DNA of 64,000 bases from Macrostomum lignano (lineage: Eukaryota): NCBI GenBank assembly GCA_002269645.1, contig NIVC01000997.1:310001-374000 (forward strand), read 5' to 3'. The notes under the pieces were generated by a model. The model saw only the letters and a program-made list of their open reading frames with translations, had not been told where the DNA came from and made no database searches. The translations under genes and the position numbers were made by a program. The stretch's first letter is position 1; each line of letters opens with the position of its first letter. Shown here one piece after another: positions 26,889 to 39,964 of the stretch.

Positions 26889-27086
26889 GGGAAACCCCTT
26901 GTACATGAAAATATCTTAAATAACTGATAGTTTTGATAAAACGAGAGCTACTTATGCACCTGGACCAATTAGGAGAGACTTGCGAATTTCTTATTTCTTA
27001 TTGGATAGAGAATGAATATTGAGACGGAAACAACTAGCAATAAAAGTCTAATTGCGCACATGTTTTTCGAGGTATCTCTGAGAAAA

Positions 27087-27477
27087 ATGAGTCGGTTTAA
27101 GAAGCCTCTGAGCTGCAGGCTGCTGCTCAGCCTTGCAATTGCGGTCTCAATCAGCTCGGTGAACTGCACCTTGCTGCCCTACAGAACCAGCCCGAATTTT
27201 AACTACATTGGCTGCTACGTGGACGAGAGCAGCAGGGACCTGACTGGGCCGACCTTTGACGGCAAAAATCAAACACCTGAGACTTGCTACGCCTTCTGCC
27301 GTAATTATGCCTATTTTGGACTGCAATATGCTTCGCATTGCTTCTGCGGCGATGCGTATGGGAAATACGGCTTGGCTGATGGGGTAAAGCGGATGTGCAA
27401 CATGGCCTGCTCTGGAGATGCCCTCGTGACCTGCGGAGGCTTTTGGACTAACAGTGTCTATGCGAACAGGCTGTTTG
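27087..27477 (+). CDS. Secreted WSC-domain protein, first exon (copy 1)
   Basis: Hydrophobic signal-like N-terminus; YIGCYVD..RDL...CYAFC..YAYFGLQYASHCFCG...CNMACSGD...CGG..TNSVY; ends TTT G|GTGAG (phase-1 donor). Confidence 0.85.
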
Positions 27478-28352
27478 GTGAGGTTAGGGGCTATTGGCAA
27501 TGCTTGTGCATGAAAAACTGAAGTAGAAAGATTCTTGATAACTCCTCCTGCTGGCTGTACAGCACAACTTTTATTGAGTGAGCAACTGGTGGAACTAAAT
27601 TATAGCATTTCTATAGTGTGAGGATGAGGATAAGCTTGAGCGATGACGACTGAAGTATGGACCTCATACTCGGCGAAGCTTGTCCTTGGCTGGAGTTTGT
27701 CAATAAATATTTATTTTTTAGACAGACGCGCAAAAATAAAGAGTTAGTGAAGCGTCACATCAAACGTGAAAGAAGCCTAATGCCCAGTATAAAAGTAGCG
27801 TCATATCAACCATATAAAAGCTTTATTGGGGAATCGCTAAGATGGCTCACGGGGTAATTTCTGAAATGCTCTTGGGAGTGAGGAATTGCTGACGTAATAA
27901 GGCTTACGGAGAGAATTCTTTAAGATGTCAAGACTAATGGGGATATTTGGGCTTTGTGGCCCTAATAAATTTGTGGCTTTTAGGGAAATCGCTAAGACGT
28001 TAAGTTAAGTAGTTAATTCTCACGACAAATTGCCAATGAATTGACACAAATGCTGGACTTTAATGCTAAAATCTAATCTATCGTTTGTATCTTACCGAGC
28101 TAGTGCTATCGGGACCGGAACTGGGCACGGCTAAGATTTCAAAATAAAAGTTAACCAACGGCAGAAACAGCAGCATGGCTTAGCCAGAGAGCAGTGCTGA
28201 TTGGCTGGGGCAAAGGGGGGAGAGGTGTCACAAATAAAAGGTAGAGAGAGAGAGGAATCTTTCTGATTGGTCGTTGCATAGATCTTCTGAATAAATAAAT
28301 TTCCCAGTAAAAATACATGTATGCGCCCTTCAGACGCATATCATGCTCAACC

Positions 28353-28740
28353 ATGCAGTTAAGTCATCATAATAGCTCTAGTCAAATGCTGGCTGTAGCA
28401 GCGGTGAGCATTTTGATCTTTGCGGCACCTTGCGAACTTCTAACCTATAAAGTCAGCTCGAACTTCAAGTATATTGGTTGCTACGTTGATTATTTATTAA
28501 ATAGCGATTTAAATGGAAAACGCTCTTGGTCCTTTGGTACAGCCCCTGAGCATTGCAACACTTTCTGTGCCGGATTTTCTTACTTCGGATTGCAGTTTCG
28601 TAGTAAATGCTTCTGCGGCAATTCTTTCGGCAGATATGGCACTGCAGATGGCAGGACTCGAGTGTGCGATCAGAGTTGCTTAAGAGATGCTTCAATTGCT
28701 TGCGGAGGATACCTGTCCAACAGTATCTATGAGCGACTCG
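28353..28740 (+). CDS. Secreted WSC-domain protein, first exon (copy 2)
   Basis: MLAVAAVSILIFAAPC signal; YIGCYVD...CNTFC...YFGLQFRSKCFCGN...CDQSC...CGG..SNSIY; ends CTC G|GTGAGT. Confidence 0.82.
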
Positions 28741-30204
28741 GTGAGTAACACGCCTTTAATTGCCTCTCATGCAGTTCATTGTTCATCCAGCTTATTCAGG
28801 TAAGTTCTAACAGTAAGTAAAACGTGTGTTGTTGACTTTCGATTGACTTGCTTCTGGCGATCATCACAAAACAGCTCCGATGCGGTAATTCACCAGCTAC
28901 TGTACTGTTGTGCTACACTGCTACTAGCTGTTGTAATACGTCCCTATTTAATCTCTAACGCTTATATGTATCCCTCATACACGCCACTTAAAGATCTGGA
29001 ATACAGGAAAATAAATTATTTTAAGAGCTTGTTCTTGATGAAGCATGGCTTTTGCATCGGTTTTACGCTCAGAACAGATAAGTTGGCTTGTTTTTTTGCT
29101 CAATTCCGTTCCGAGTACCACTTGCCTCGTACAAAAAGTTTTCTAGACATTTCTACCTATGCTGCTACGGCAGAGCAATTTTCATCTAGACTGGGTTTCG
29201 AGAGCCATTCTCAATGAAAAAAGAATTCTAACTTCTTCACTTACGATAGAATTAAGCCTGACGAGATGTTGATTGCTAGTCTTGTTCAGCTGTCAAGGAT
29301 GCATGCATTCGTACAAATTATTATACTGTCTGATGCAAAACTTCAGAAGAGGCACTTACGTCTGTCAGTCATTCTGGCCTTTTGTTAGAAACAAGGGCCA
29401 ACTGAAACTCATCTGCCACGTTCGCGTCAAATGCATCGTGAATTTTTTAGAGCTTTAGAAAAACCTTTAGAGAAGCTCCTACGTGATGCTCATCTTGACT
29501 CCATCCCGAAGGTATCATTATTTAGAGGAGCGCATCTTTTTTTGGGGGGGGGGCAACATTGATGCAGACAGTACAAAGAGTGCCACCTCGGGGTGGTGCC
29601 ATCGTATGAGCGCCAGGGGCGCCAGCACCACGGTTGCTGCAGCTTGGGGCGCCTATCAATTGGCAAGAAGGCGCTATACATATAGTTTTTGGTCGCAGCC
29701 CGCTTGCTTATCTCCCTCCCTGGCCTCCCTGGTTTAAGTTTCCAATCAAAAAAGTACACGAAGTAGGATTTTTATCACTTTGCTTGGGTTTTGCAGTCTT
29801 TGGCCCATAGACTAAAGGCAAGAAGCGTATGGAGGATTCTCAGTTTGGCTGTCAAAAGCAATCCTGCTATACTAATTATAGTAGTATATTTCTAACTTAA
29901 TACGACTTTCTTAGCTGGTATCCACGCTTTCCAGCGAGTAGCTGCTTCGATAAGCCACGTCAATACCATCCTGGGTGGTCGGATAAGTATCGATAAATAT
30001 TCGAGTTTACTGATAAAGTTTAGCAATCCCAAGCACTGGCTGATATGGATCTTCTCGACGCTCTACAACTGGCAAATTATCAAGGCAATGGTCGACCGAG
30101 AGTGTTCATTGAGCCAGTGTATTTCGACACTGACTCTGATTTCACGTAACATTCTAATCAATGAACTGGCTCAATATAATGATAATAATAGGTTACACCT
30201 ACAC

Positions 30205-30400
30205 TAATGGGCAGATGTGCAACCGACAGCTCAGCAGCAGCTACTGCGCGGCGCATCTGAAGGCTGCGTACGGCTGTTCAGTCCAAGGACTTGGGGGTCG
30301 CCACACACCCTCAATTACCCCAGCTAATGCTGGCACCCATTTTACAGCTGGGTGAACTGAAGCAATGCAGAGTTAAGTGTCTTTCTCAAGGCTTGTATGT
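30205..30400 (-). mobile_element. tRNA-derived SINE copy lacking the head (same family as 60528)
   Basis: Reverse complement of the ACTTAACTCTGC.TTGCTTCAGTTCACCCAGCTGTAAAATGGGTGCC...GGTAATTGAGGGTGTGTGGCGACCCCC body. Confidence 0.85.
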
Positions 30401-30961
30401 GCTGAGGAGTCAGCGGAATGGACAGAATTGCCGTCAGCACTAGCTGATCACGCAGCCGGTAAGTGGACGGCTTAGAGCGGATCAGGGACCTGCCTGTAAG
30501 CGAGCGATTTTACTCTTCTAAGTTTTTTCTTTCGGCTGGCTGAATTCAGCAGGCGGGTTGTGTAACCATGCAGCACACTGCGTAGTAGATTCGCTACAAC
30601 TGCAAAAAAGTTTCTGTTTACTCGATCTGGCGGGTTAAATCCATAGTAACGCTGGAAGAAAAGCAAATAGCCAAGAAAATGATATCGGAGCATCGGTTCT
30701 GTAATCAAAATTAACATTATCTGATTGGTCTGGTAAATATCGCCTGAACTGCTGGTTCACTGCTGGTTCACCAACCTCGACAGTCTGGTGCTCCACATGG
30801 AGGGGAGGGCGCAGAGAATGCTTCAACTGGCGGGCTACGTGGTCTGAGTCTAAGACTGCTGCACCCAGACTTTGGAGATAGGAAGTTTTCACTTTTTCAG
30901 CACAAAAATGGTTATTGCTTTCGATGGGAGGCAGACCCAATGTTCCTCTTCTGTGCCTTTC

Positions 30962-31290
30962 TTATAGCTCTATTGATATTTATAAAGCTTTTTGTTCAGA
31001 AAATTAGGATTCTATATTATTTTTTTGCATGACATATCTACGTACAATATATTAAATGTGTCCTGTGCCTAAAAACCATTACAATGGCACGGCTCTTATT
31101 CTATCGTTCTTAGCTGACTGTGTAACAATGTTTGTAACAGAGATTATAAAATAGATCCATAAAACAGAGTCTAGCTGCGCCATGCATTTTTATGATTTTT
31201 AGGTACAGGAAATGTACGTAAAATAAAAAATTGACATAGAATCCTAATTTTCTGAACGAAAAGCTCTATGAATATCAATAGAGCAATTAG
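30962..31290. mobile_element. AT-rich MITE-like inverted repeat (~80-bp arms)
   Basis: CTCTATTGATATT..AAAGCTTTTTGTTCAGAAAATTAGGATTCTAT at ~30967 is mirrored at ~31235-31285. Confidence 0.65.
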
Positions 31291-32584
31291 AAAGGCACAA
31301 CATATCAAAATATGAACACTGGATCTGCCTCCTATCAAAAGCAATTGCAATTTTTGTGCTGAAAAATGAAAACTTCCTATCTCCGTAGTGCATTTTTCAG
31401 CGAAAAGTGGCCTTCAAAATTTTTTCCATGAAACGTGAGTATCGCGTCCTGTATACACGTTGCTTTAGTTGTCCTTGCGCAGACTTCTGCCATCCGAACA
31501 CATCCAAGAGAGCCGACCAGCGATAATCCTTCCTCATCTGTGGAGGATGCCTCTATCTTCACACATTTTCCCTCTCATTGGATCTGCTCTTAGCAACAAA
31601 AACATCTGGCCATCATCATTAAAGTGTATAGGAAGTTCACAGAAGCATTATTTCATGCAATGCCTACTCGACATGTAAGCGTATCTCAATTAATTTAACC
31701 AGCTGCAGTACTTCCAATAGCGAAGTATTTGCACGAAGAGAGTTGAGTTTCTGTCAATTCTGTATTTCGTTGCAACGTTTGTCAATACTTAACTGGATAC
31801 TTTCCGGAAATATGTGAGCTTCATCCAACATCACATCGATTTTATTGATACCTATTTGTTCAAGCATACTACAGTCAACTCAGGAATAATGACAGAAATA
31901 TTTGTTTTTTAATTAAGTTTTTGACGCCTGGCAAAGATAAGTAACTAATTTAGTGAAATTCTGTAAAACTCTATATGAACGCCTTGCATTTATTTGTTAA
32001 CACAGCTTGAAAATTCGATGCAAGAGACAAAAATGAGAACAATCAATCATCCTTGTCTGCCCTCATTCCTATAGCTCTACAGGAAAAGTCAGAAGTCGCA
32101 ACAATTGCTCAATTTTATTCATCAATATTCTTCTTATATTGCTAAAAATAATCATGAATTTCTGACAAGTCAATGCAGAAAAAGTTAAGAATGATCATGC
32201 ATGAACAATGCACATTAATCGGAGAAATATCACGCACAAAAAGTTTAGCGGAGGATTCGCGCCACACAGTCAATAATACGCTCGTAATTCCGGGCCGGAA
32301 AACCAGAAATCCAGCTCTGAGCACAAAGAATCTAATTAAAGCCCATGGTTCGTGCCCTGCATCTACTTTTAGACATGGAATAACACGTTGAGGTTAACGA
32401 AGAATATCCTTACCTGGGGTTTTACCTTTCTTGTACTGGTCATTGATCCTTTGCTTAATTCTGCATTCAAGACCATTGATGGGAACACTTCGAAATAGTG
32501 GGATTTCGCAATAAGAATATTTTTTCTATTTATCAAAGGTACTTAATTATTACGAGTAAGCCATCAAAACACAAAACTGCAGCC

Positions 32585-33725
32585 AGTCATGGAGGGCAGA
32601 GAGGGGAGAGAGGGTCACGGGGAGAGAGGGGAGAGGGTGTCACACAAGAGAGAGGGTCATTGAGCGAGAGAGAGTCATGGGGAGAGAGGGTCACGGGGAG
32701 AGAGGGTCACGGGGAGAGAGGGTCATGGGGAGAGAGAGTCATGGGGAGAGAGGGTCACGGGGAGAGAGGGTCACGGGGAGAGAGGGTCATGGGGAGAGAG
32801 ATTCATGGGGAGAGAGGGTCACGGAGAGAGAGAGGGTCACGGGGAGAGAGGGTCATGGGGAGAGAGGGTCACAGGGAGAGAGGGTCACGGGGTCACGGGG
32901 AGAGAGGGGAGAGGGTGTCACATGAGAGAGAGGGTCATTGAGCGAGAGAGAGTCATGGGGAGAGAGGGTCATGGGGAGAGAGGGTCACGGGGAGAGAGGG
33001 TCACGGGGAGAGAGGGTCACGGGGAGAGAGGGTCATGGGGAGAGAGGGTCACAGGGAGAGAGGGTCACGGGGTCACGGGGAGAGAGGGGAGAGGGTGTCA
33101 CATGAGAGAGAGGGTCATTGAGCGAGAGAGAGTCATGGGGAGAGAGGGTCACGGGGAGAGAGGGTCACGGGGAGAGAGGGTCACGGGGAGAGAGGGTCAT
33201 GGGGAGAGAGGGTCACAGGGAGAGAGGGTCACGTGAAGAGAGGGTCACGGGGAGAGCGAATCACGTGAAGAGAGGGTCACAGGGAGAGAGGGTCACGTGA
33301 AGAGAGGGTCATGGGGAGAAAGGTTCACGTAGAGAGAGGGTCATGGGGAGAGAGGGTCATAGGGAGAGAGGGTTATGGGGAGAGAGGGTCATGGGGAGAG
33401 AGGGTCACGTGAAGAGAGGGTCACGGGTAGAGCGGATCACGGGGAGAGCGGATCATGTGAAGAGAGGGTCACAGGGAGAGAGGGTCATGTGAAGAGAGGG
33501 TCACAGGGAGAGAGGGTCACGTGAAGAGAGGGTCATGGGGAGAAAGGTTCACGTGGAGAGAGGGTCATGGGGAGAGAGGGTCATAGGGAGAGAGGGTCAC
33601 GGGGAGAGAGGGTCATGGGGAGAGAGGGTCATGGGGAGAGAGGGTCATGGGGAGAAAGGGTCACGGGGAGAGAGGGTCATGGGGAGAGAGGGTCATGGGG
33701 AGAGTGAGGGTCACGGGGAGTGAGC
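32585..33725 (+). repeat. 18-19-bp purine-rich minisatellite (GGGGAGAGAGGGTCA[C/T])
   Basis: Direct tandem repeat with a higher-order duplication (~32830-33010 vs ~33010-33190). Confidence 0.92.
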
Positions 33726-33851
33726 CTTGAGAGTCCTGGAGGGTCAAGGATTTACCACTATTTCGAAGTCACGAAATAGTGGTAAATCCTGGAGTCAGCT
33801 CAAACTATATTTGTTATTTCGAAACAGTGAAATTAAAGATTATCACATTAC

Positions 33852-34305
33852 CTGTAGTACGATGCAGCCGAGACAAGTCGCTGACTTGATAGACGCTGTT
33901 CCTCCAGGTACCTCCGCAGGCGACTGAACTGTCACCGGAGCAGGGCGATCCGCACTCGCTACTCGCTCCCGCCCGCCCGTGACTGCCGTAAGTATTGCCG
34001 CAGAAGCACTGACTCGCGTACTGGACTCCAAAGTAGGCGTAGTTCTGTCCAGAGCAGTGCGCGTAGCAAGCAGCGGGAGTCTGGCTGTCGGAGCTAGAGG
34101 CTGATGTCCCACTTAAATCTCTTCGCGGGCCGTCAACGAAGCAGCCGACGTAATCAAAGCCGACTCCGTTTCGGTACTCAAGCAGTGCGCTCGAGCAATG
34201 GAAAGCTATTAATAAAGTAATAAGGAGACATTGGTTAGTCGCAAACATGACTTGACAACTTTTCATTACAAGTAGTTTACCGCAGAAACTCACAGGTATA
34301 GCCAT
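33852..34305 (-). CDS. Secreted WSC-domain protein, first exon (copy 3)
   Basis: LLITLLIAFHCSSA signal; YVGCFVDGPRRDL...CYAHC..YAYFGVQYASQCFCGN...CGSPCSGD...CGG.WRNSVY; ends ACA G|GTAATG. The start codon is uncertain (several in-frame ATGs). Confidence 0.85.
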
Positions 34306-34840
34306 GGGAGATTCAAGGCACTTTCTATTATAGCCTCACATGGTTCATCCAGAGCTGGATTCATCCCATTGGCCAATATTTGTCTTGTCCTTGGGGCACT
34401 GTGGTATCGGGTGAATTCTTGGCAAGATTTTTATTTGAGTACCTTAAGCACTAATGCGTATTTCTCGTGTGTGCAGTGTGTCTGGGTCTAGAATTACTCG
34501 GGAATATCGATTATTCTTCCTTACACTGCGCAATATCTCATGGAATTTTTATGGATGGTGGTAAATAAGGGATTTCTGGGAGAGTCCGGACTGCTCTCGC
34601 AATTCGAGTGGAAGAATGGTCGCTTATGGTCCATATTTTGCCAAAATGCATTAGCAATGTAGGAATTTCTAGCTTTTAGGGCAGTTTTTAACTAAAAAGC
34701 ATTAATTATGACTCCCCGAGAAGTCATGCCGACCGTGACAATGGAGCTGGGAGAGTCCACTGCAGATGAAATCAATTACAAGAAATGGCGTTTCCATGGT
34801 AACTGCAGAGAATTGTGGATTCAGGCCATCCCTAAATAGT

Positions 34841-35215
34841 CAGATGTGCAACAGACAGCTCAGCTATCAGAAGCATCTGAAAGCTATGTACGACTGTTGA
34901 GTCCAATGACTGGGGGGGGGTTGCGACATACACCCTCAATTACCTCTGCTAATGCTCAATTATCCCAGCTAATGCTCAATTACCTTAGCTAATGCTCAAT
35001 TGCCCCAGCTAATGCTCAATTATCTTAGCTAATGTTCAATTACCTTAGCTACTGCTCAATTACCTTAGATAATGCTCAATTACCTTAGCTACTGCTCAAT
35101 TACCGAAGCTAATTCTCAATTATCTTAGCTAATGCTCAATTACCTTAGCTACAGCTCAATTACCTAAGCTAATTCTCAATTATCTTAGCTAATGCTCAAT
35201 TACTTTAGCTAATGC
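34841..35215 (-). repeat. SINE 3' fragment (34841-~34950) running into a 20-bp minisatellite (AATGCTCAATTACCTTAGCT)
   Basis: Same SINE tail as 30205; the repeat unit resembles the SINE segment CTCAATTACCCCAGCTAATGCT. Confidence 0.8.
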
Positions 35216-35623
35216 TCTCAGTGAATTCAGTGAAAAGTCATCAGTCGATGGTGTAACTCTACCTTGTACCCCTCTTTACATTTTTAGCAATAGCCTTGAT
35301 GGAATTAATATTTTGAAACAGTTTAAGCAGCGGTACAAGCGTGATACGTTTGCTCTAATCAGTGATGCAAGGTGCATAAAATTTTGATTTTGCGTTCAGC
35401 TGGTACAATCGATTCTTTCCTGCTCGGGAAACCCCTTGTACATGAAAATATCTTAAACAACTCATAGTTTTGATAAAACGAGAGATGCTCATGCACCTGG
35501 ACCAATTAGGAGAGACTTGCGAGTTTCCTATTTGTAATTGAATATAGAAAGAATAATGAGACAGAAACAACTAGCAATAAAAGTCTAATTGCGCACATGT
35601 TTTTCGAGGTATCTCTGAGCAAA

Positions 35624-36014
35624 ATGAGTCGGTTTAAGAAGCCTCTGAACTGCAGACTGCTGCTCAGCCTTGCAATTGCAGTCTCAATCAGCTCGGCCAA
35701 CTGCACCTTGCTGCCCTACAGAAACAGTCCGAATTTTAACTACATTGACTGCTACGTGGACGAAAGCAGCAGGGACCTGACTGGACCGACCTATGACGGC
35801 AAAAATCAAACACCCGAGACTTGCTACGCCTTCTGCCGTAATTATGCCTATTTTGGACTGCAATATGCCTCGCATTGCTTCTGCGGCGATGCGTATGGGA
35901 AATACGGCTTGGCTGATGGAGTAAAGCGGATGTGCAACATGGCCTGCTCTGGAGATGCCCTCGTGACCTGCGGAGGCTCATGGACTAACAGTGTCTATGC
36001 TAACCGGCTGTTTG
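35624..36014 (+). CDS. Secreted WSC-domain protein, first exon (copy 4; recent paralog of copy 1)
   Basis: Near-identical to 27087-27477. It has YIDCYVD (G>D in the conserved GC motif) and ends TTT G|GTGAG. Confidence 0.82.
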
Positions 36015-37884
36015 GTGAGGTTCCTATTTGCAATGCTTGTGCATGAAAAACTGAAGTAGAAAGACGCTTGCAGTCGCAAAACGGACAAATTGCACTAGAT
36101 GTAACTAGAGTTTTCGTAATTTTGTTAAAACATTTGAAGAAAGCCGGAAGCATAGCAAATTCATTTGTTATTCGAAAGTTAACAATGGGAAGTTTGATTA
36201 ATTTATGGTTGAAATGACAACGAAAAACCGCGGTCGCAAGTGAAAAACGCACAATTCGTGCGTGCAAGGGTCTTTCTACTTATAATTGTTCATCAATGAT
36301 TGGCTCAGGATTGTTTAAGATAAGAAATTTTCTACTTGGCAAGGTAAGTTTCAACGGTAAGTGGACTCATCTACTGTATATCTGTCTTGCTACGAGGCGT
36401 CAGAACGATATTTTGATATAAATAAACAATGAAAAATGCGCCCAACAAGCTTCAATCGCGCTTTTGTCCCACGGCTATGTAAAAGTTTGTCTTCTTCGAA
36501 CATTAATAAAGTGGCATGCACGAACTAAAAGTCACACAAAGAATTTGCAGCTTCAGAACTCGTTCGGCTAATGGTACATGTAGTTAGTAGTTTGCCTTTT
36601 ACGTCAAAGTACGTAATGATTACGTCATAATTTTCAGTTTTTATAGCGATTGGAAAGATGAGAATTGACACTTTATATAAGGCTGTTGTTACTTTTAAAC
36701 TGTCAGGTGCATGGATGCAAATAAAACTGCCCCTGTTGCAAAATTTGCGATAGAGTGTTGCTTATGTCTGTCAGTCATCCAAGACTGCAGGACCCAAGGG
36801 GGGATTTGGGCCATATGTTTCAGCCTGTAAGTATGCAAGGTCTATTTTCTAGTATTGGATTGTAGTTGTTTAGTATGTCTGGTAGCAACGAACCAACCCG
36901 GGGGAAATTCTGACGACTTTCATTTCATGTCATTTCATGATAACTCCTCCTGCTGGCTGTACAGCACAACTTTTATTGAGTGAGCAACTCGTGGAAATAA
37001 ATTATAGCATTTCTAGAGTGTGAGGAAACGCTTGAGCGATGACGACTGAAGTATGGACCTCATACTCGGCGAAGCTTGTCCTTGGCTGGAGTTAATCAAT
37101 AAATACGAGCTAGTTATTTTTTAGACAGACGCGCAAAAATAAAGTTAGTGAAGCGTCACATCAAACGTGAAAGAAGCATAATGTCAAATATAAGAGTAGC
37201 GTCATATAAACCATATAAAAGCTTTATTGGGGAATTGCTAAGATGTCAACGCTCACGGGGTAATTTCTGAAATGCTCTTGGGAGTGAGGAATTTCTGACG
37301 TATTAAGGCTTACGGAGAGAATTCTTTAAGATGTCAAGACTAATGGGGATATTAGGGCTTTGTGGCCCTAATAAATTTGTGGCTTTTAGAGCAAAAGACG
37401 TTAAGTTAAGTAGTTAATTCTCACGACAAATTGTCAATGAATTGACACAAATTTTGGACTTTAATGCCAAAATATAATCTATCGTTTGTATCTTACCGAG
37501 CTAGTGCTATCGGGACCGGAACTGGGCACGGCTAAGATTCCAAAATAAATAGTTAACCAACGGCAGAAACAGCATGGCTTAGCCAGAGAGCAGTGCTGAT
37601 TGGCTGGGGCAAAGGGGGGATAGGTGTCACAAATAAAAGGGAGAGAGAGGAAGAGAGACGCCCGGCTCAGCCAATCGGCTGGCGACACTGAGCACATTGG
37701 ACAGGGGATTCACAAAGCCTCAGTCAGGTGCGGCTCGCCGCCAGCTAACCAGAACCGGCTAGAGAGCCGAGACGTCTATAGGGCAGCAAAACAAATGAAG
37801 CTTGGCTTGGCTACAAACAGTCACTGAAGTAGTCGACTGAGTTAAAATCTGTGGCAATGAAGAGTTCGACTTTAACACACTAGA

Positions 37885-37889
37885 GAATG

Positions 37890-37930
<41 letters not shown>
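37885..37930 (+). repeat. (GA)n microsatellite
   Basis: Pure GA run. Confidence 0.95.
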
Positions 37931-37934
<4 letters not shown>

Positions 37935-39964
37935 GGGTCTAGTGTCTAAACGCACGAACTCCCACTTCCAGACCAAAAGTCTTGGAACTAAATTGATCAT
38001 TTACTGCTGTGGGCTCCTCTTCTTGTAGCGCAGGTTCTTCGTAGCGCGGGGGTTCGTCTCTTCGATTCTGAAGGCGGCCGTACGCGAAAGCAACTTTAGT
38101 TTACTAAACAGTTCTACTCGTCGGCGTTAACTTTTTCCCCGTGTTCAATGATCAAAATCAGAGATGCACCTTAATAATATAATCAATTCTGTAGCCTTAA
38201 CCTATAACCTAAATTCTATGTCAAGGCCCGGAATTGGAGTCGTGTACCCTATCTCTTGCTCTATAAGTGTATCGTAATCAGTCGTCAATCAGAAATCAAT
38301 AAATCGTCTAATTAAGAGCATCGGAATCGATCCAAAGGCTCCTATCTAGGAGGCCTTCAATTCATAATTCAACAGAAATCAATTGATCAACAACCGCCGA
38401 TAGCAACTCAGCTCTCGAAAATCAAATAGCAAAGGCATCACAGAAGGCTTACCGAACGGTACGGATTTGTCTCAGAGGCGAAAGGATTAATTATCAGCTT
38501 TTGAGTGACTGCTCAGATATTTTTCATTGTTTTGTTTCCTTTCATTTATTCATACAGCTGATCAGGTGACTTTTTCTCTAGTCTTTTTATGCGATCAGGC
38601 CTGTCTCCGATGATCGCAATGAATGGCTCCAACAGAGGAATAGCTACAGCTGCTGATCAATAGATCATTATCATTGCTCAAGTCGTACTGCCCACAGACG
38701 GTGCCAGAGCTTCTACAGGCACCCTACCGGCGGGGACAGGCGGGAAGATCTAGCTGGTGCAAAATGCCTTGCTCAAAAAATTTTAGAAGCCAGTGAGTTC
38801 GTTGAAAATATTGTCACGTCATCAGTTCGCGACTTTCACATTTCATGACTCTGACGGATCGAATTCAGATTTAAGTGTGGAATTACAGAATAAATTACAG
38901 GTAAATTTAATAATAAAAAATACATTCACTCAAAAAATGAAAATTCCAATAACAACTGCTTGGCATTCAAATTTAATTTTTCTCATGCGGTAATTTAATC
39001 AAAGACAGACAAAACCACAGAATATAGACAGAATGCCCGATCAGCCCTCTCATAAATTTTCATAACTACTGCTCCGCTTCACCACAAAAGTATTTTGTTT
39101 GCATATTAATTTCTGAACATTACACGAAAGCCGATGTGACTATCTCCTCAGCTTGAGAGACTAGCTGAGGATGTCCAGCAGTTGAGGTTTGCCCACTGTC
39201 AAGGCTTGATCAGCGAAACTAGAGAAATTCGCATCGGGGTGTTCATAGTCACCTGGTGTCATCTGTTGAAGGTCCAGAAGCTCTGCCTGGGTAAAGGCCA
39301 GTGCCCAACGAAGCCAGAGCTAATGCAGACACATGTGGTCGACGTGCTGATGAAATTTGGAGGCTTGGTAAGGCTGCACTGAGGTGCAGTGCTGATTGGT
39401 GCACAGGGGTGTACTGAATACACTAGCGCTTATGTGAAAAATCCCACCTTCTGGCAGAATCGTCGAATATCTCGACGATCCAGAGGGCTGGCGACTTGAT
39501 TCTTGTTTGAGAAGGTGCGCAACAAAGAGTTAGCCCGTGTTCTTGAATTTCGTGGGCCTGCGTTGCTCCAGCAAAAAATTGTCAGGGGGATTCCATTGTC
39601 AGGAGCGGAAAATGGTTTGGTATTCCTACTGTTAATGCCTCGAACTTGGTTGACTGAGAAACGCAGGTTGCCGCTTCCATTGTTGACAAAAATGATGAAT
39701 CCTTTGTGCTCTCAGGTAGAGGAGATTGCAGTAGTACACGAGAAGCTCTCGCTGCTGCCCATAGAGACGAGCTTTGCTATGTTGTTCTTAGCACGCGTCG
39801 GATCAGTCGATTGATTTTTTATATCCGGTGGGCTCATGCAGATATGCTTGGCCATCAGCGTCTACTCCTTCTACCAAAGTATCCTTCTTCTTCAGATACT
39901 TCATTTGTTCTTGGTCGCGTTCACCTAACGGTTCACCTAACGGTTCACCTAACGTAGAGAGTAG

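Noticed and set aside
32498-33723. Gly/Arg/Glu/His-rich ORFs
   Set aside because: They derive from the purine-rich minisatellite.
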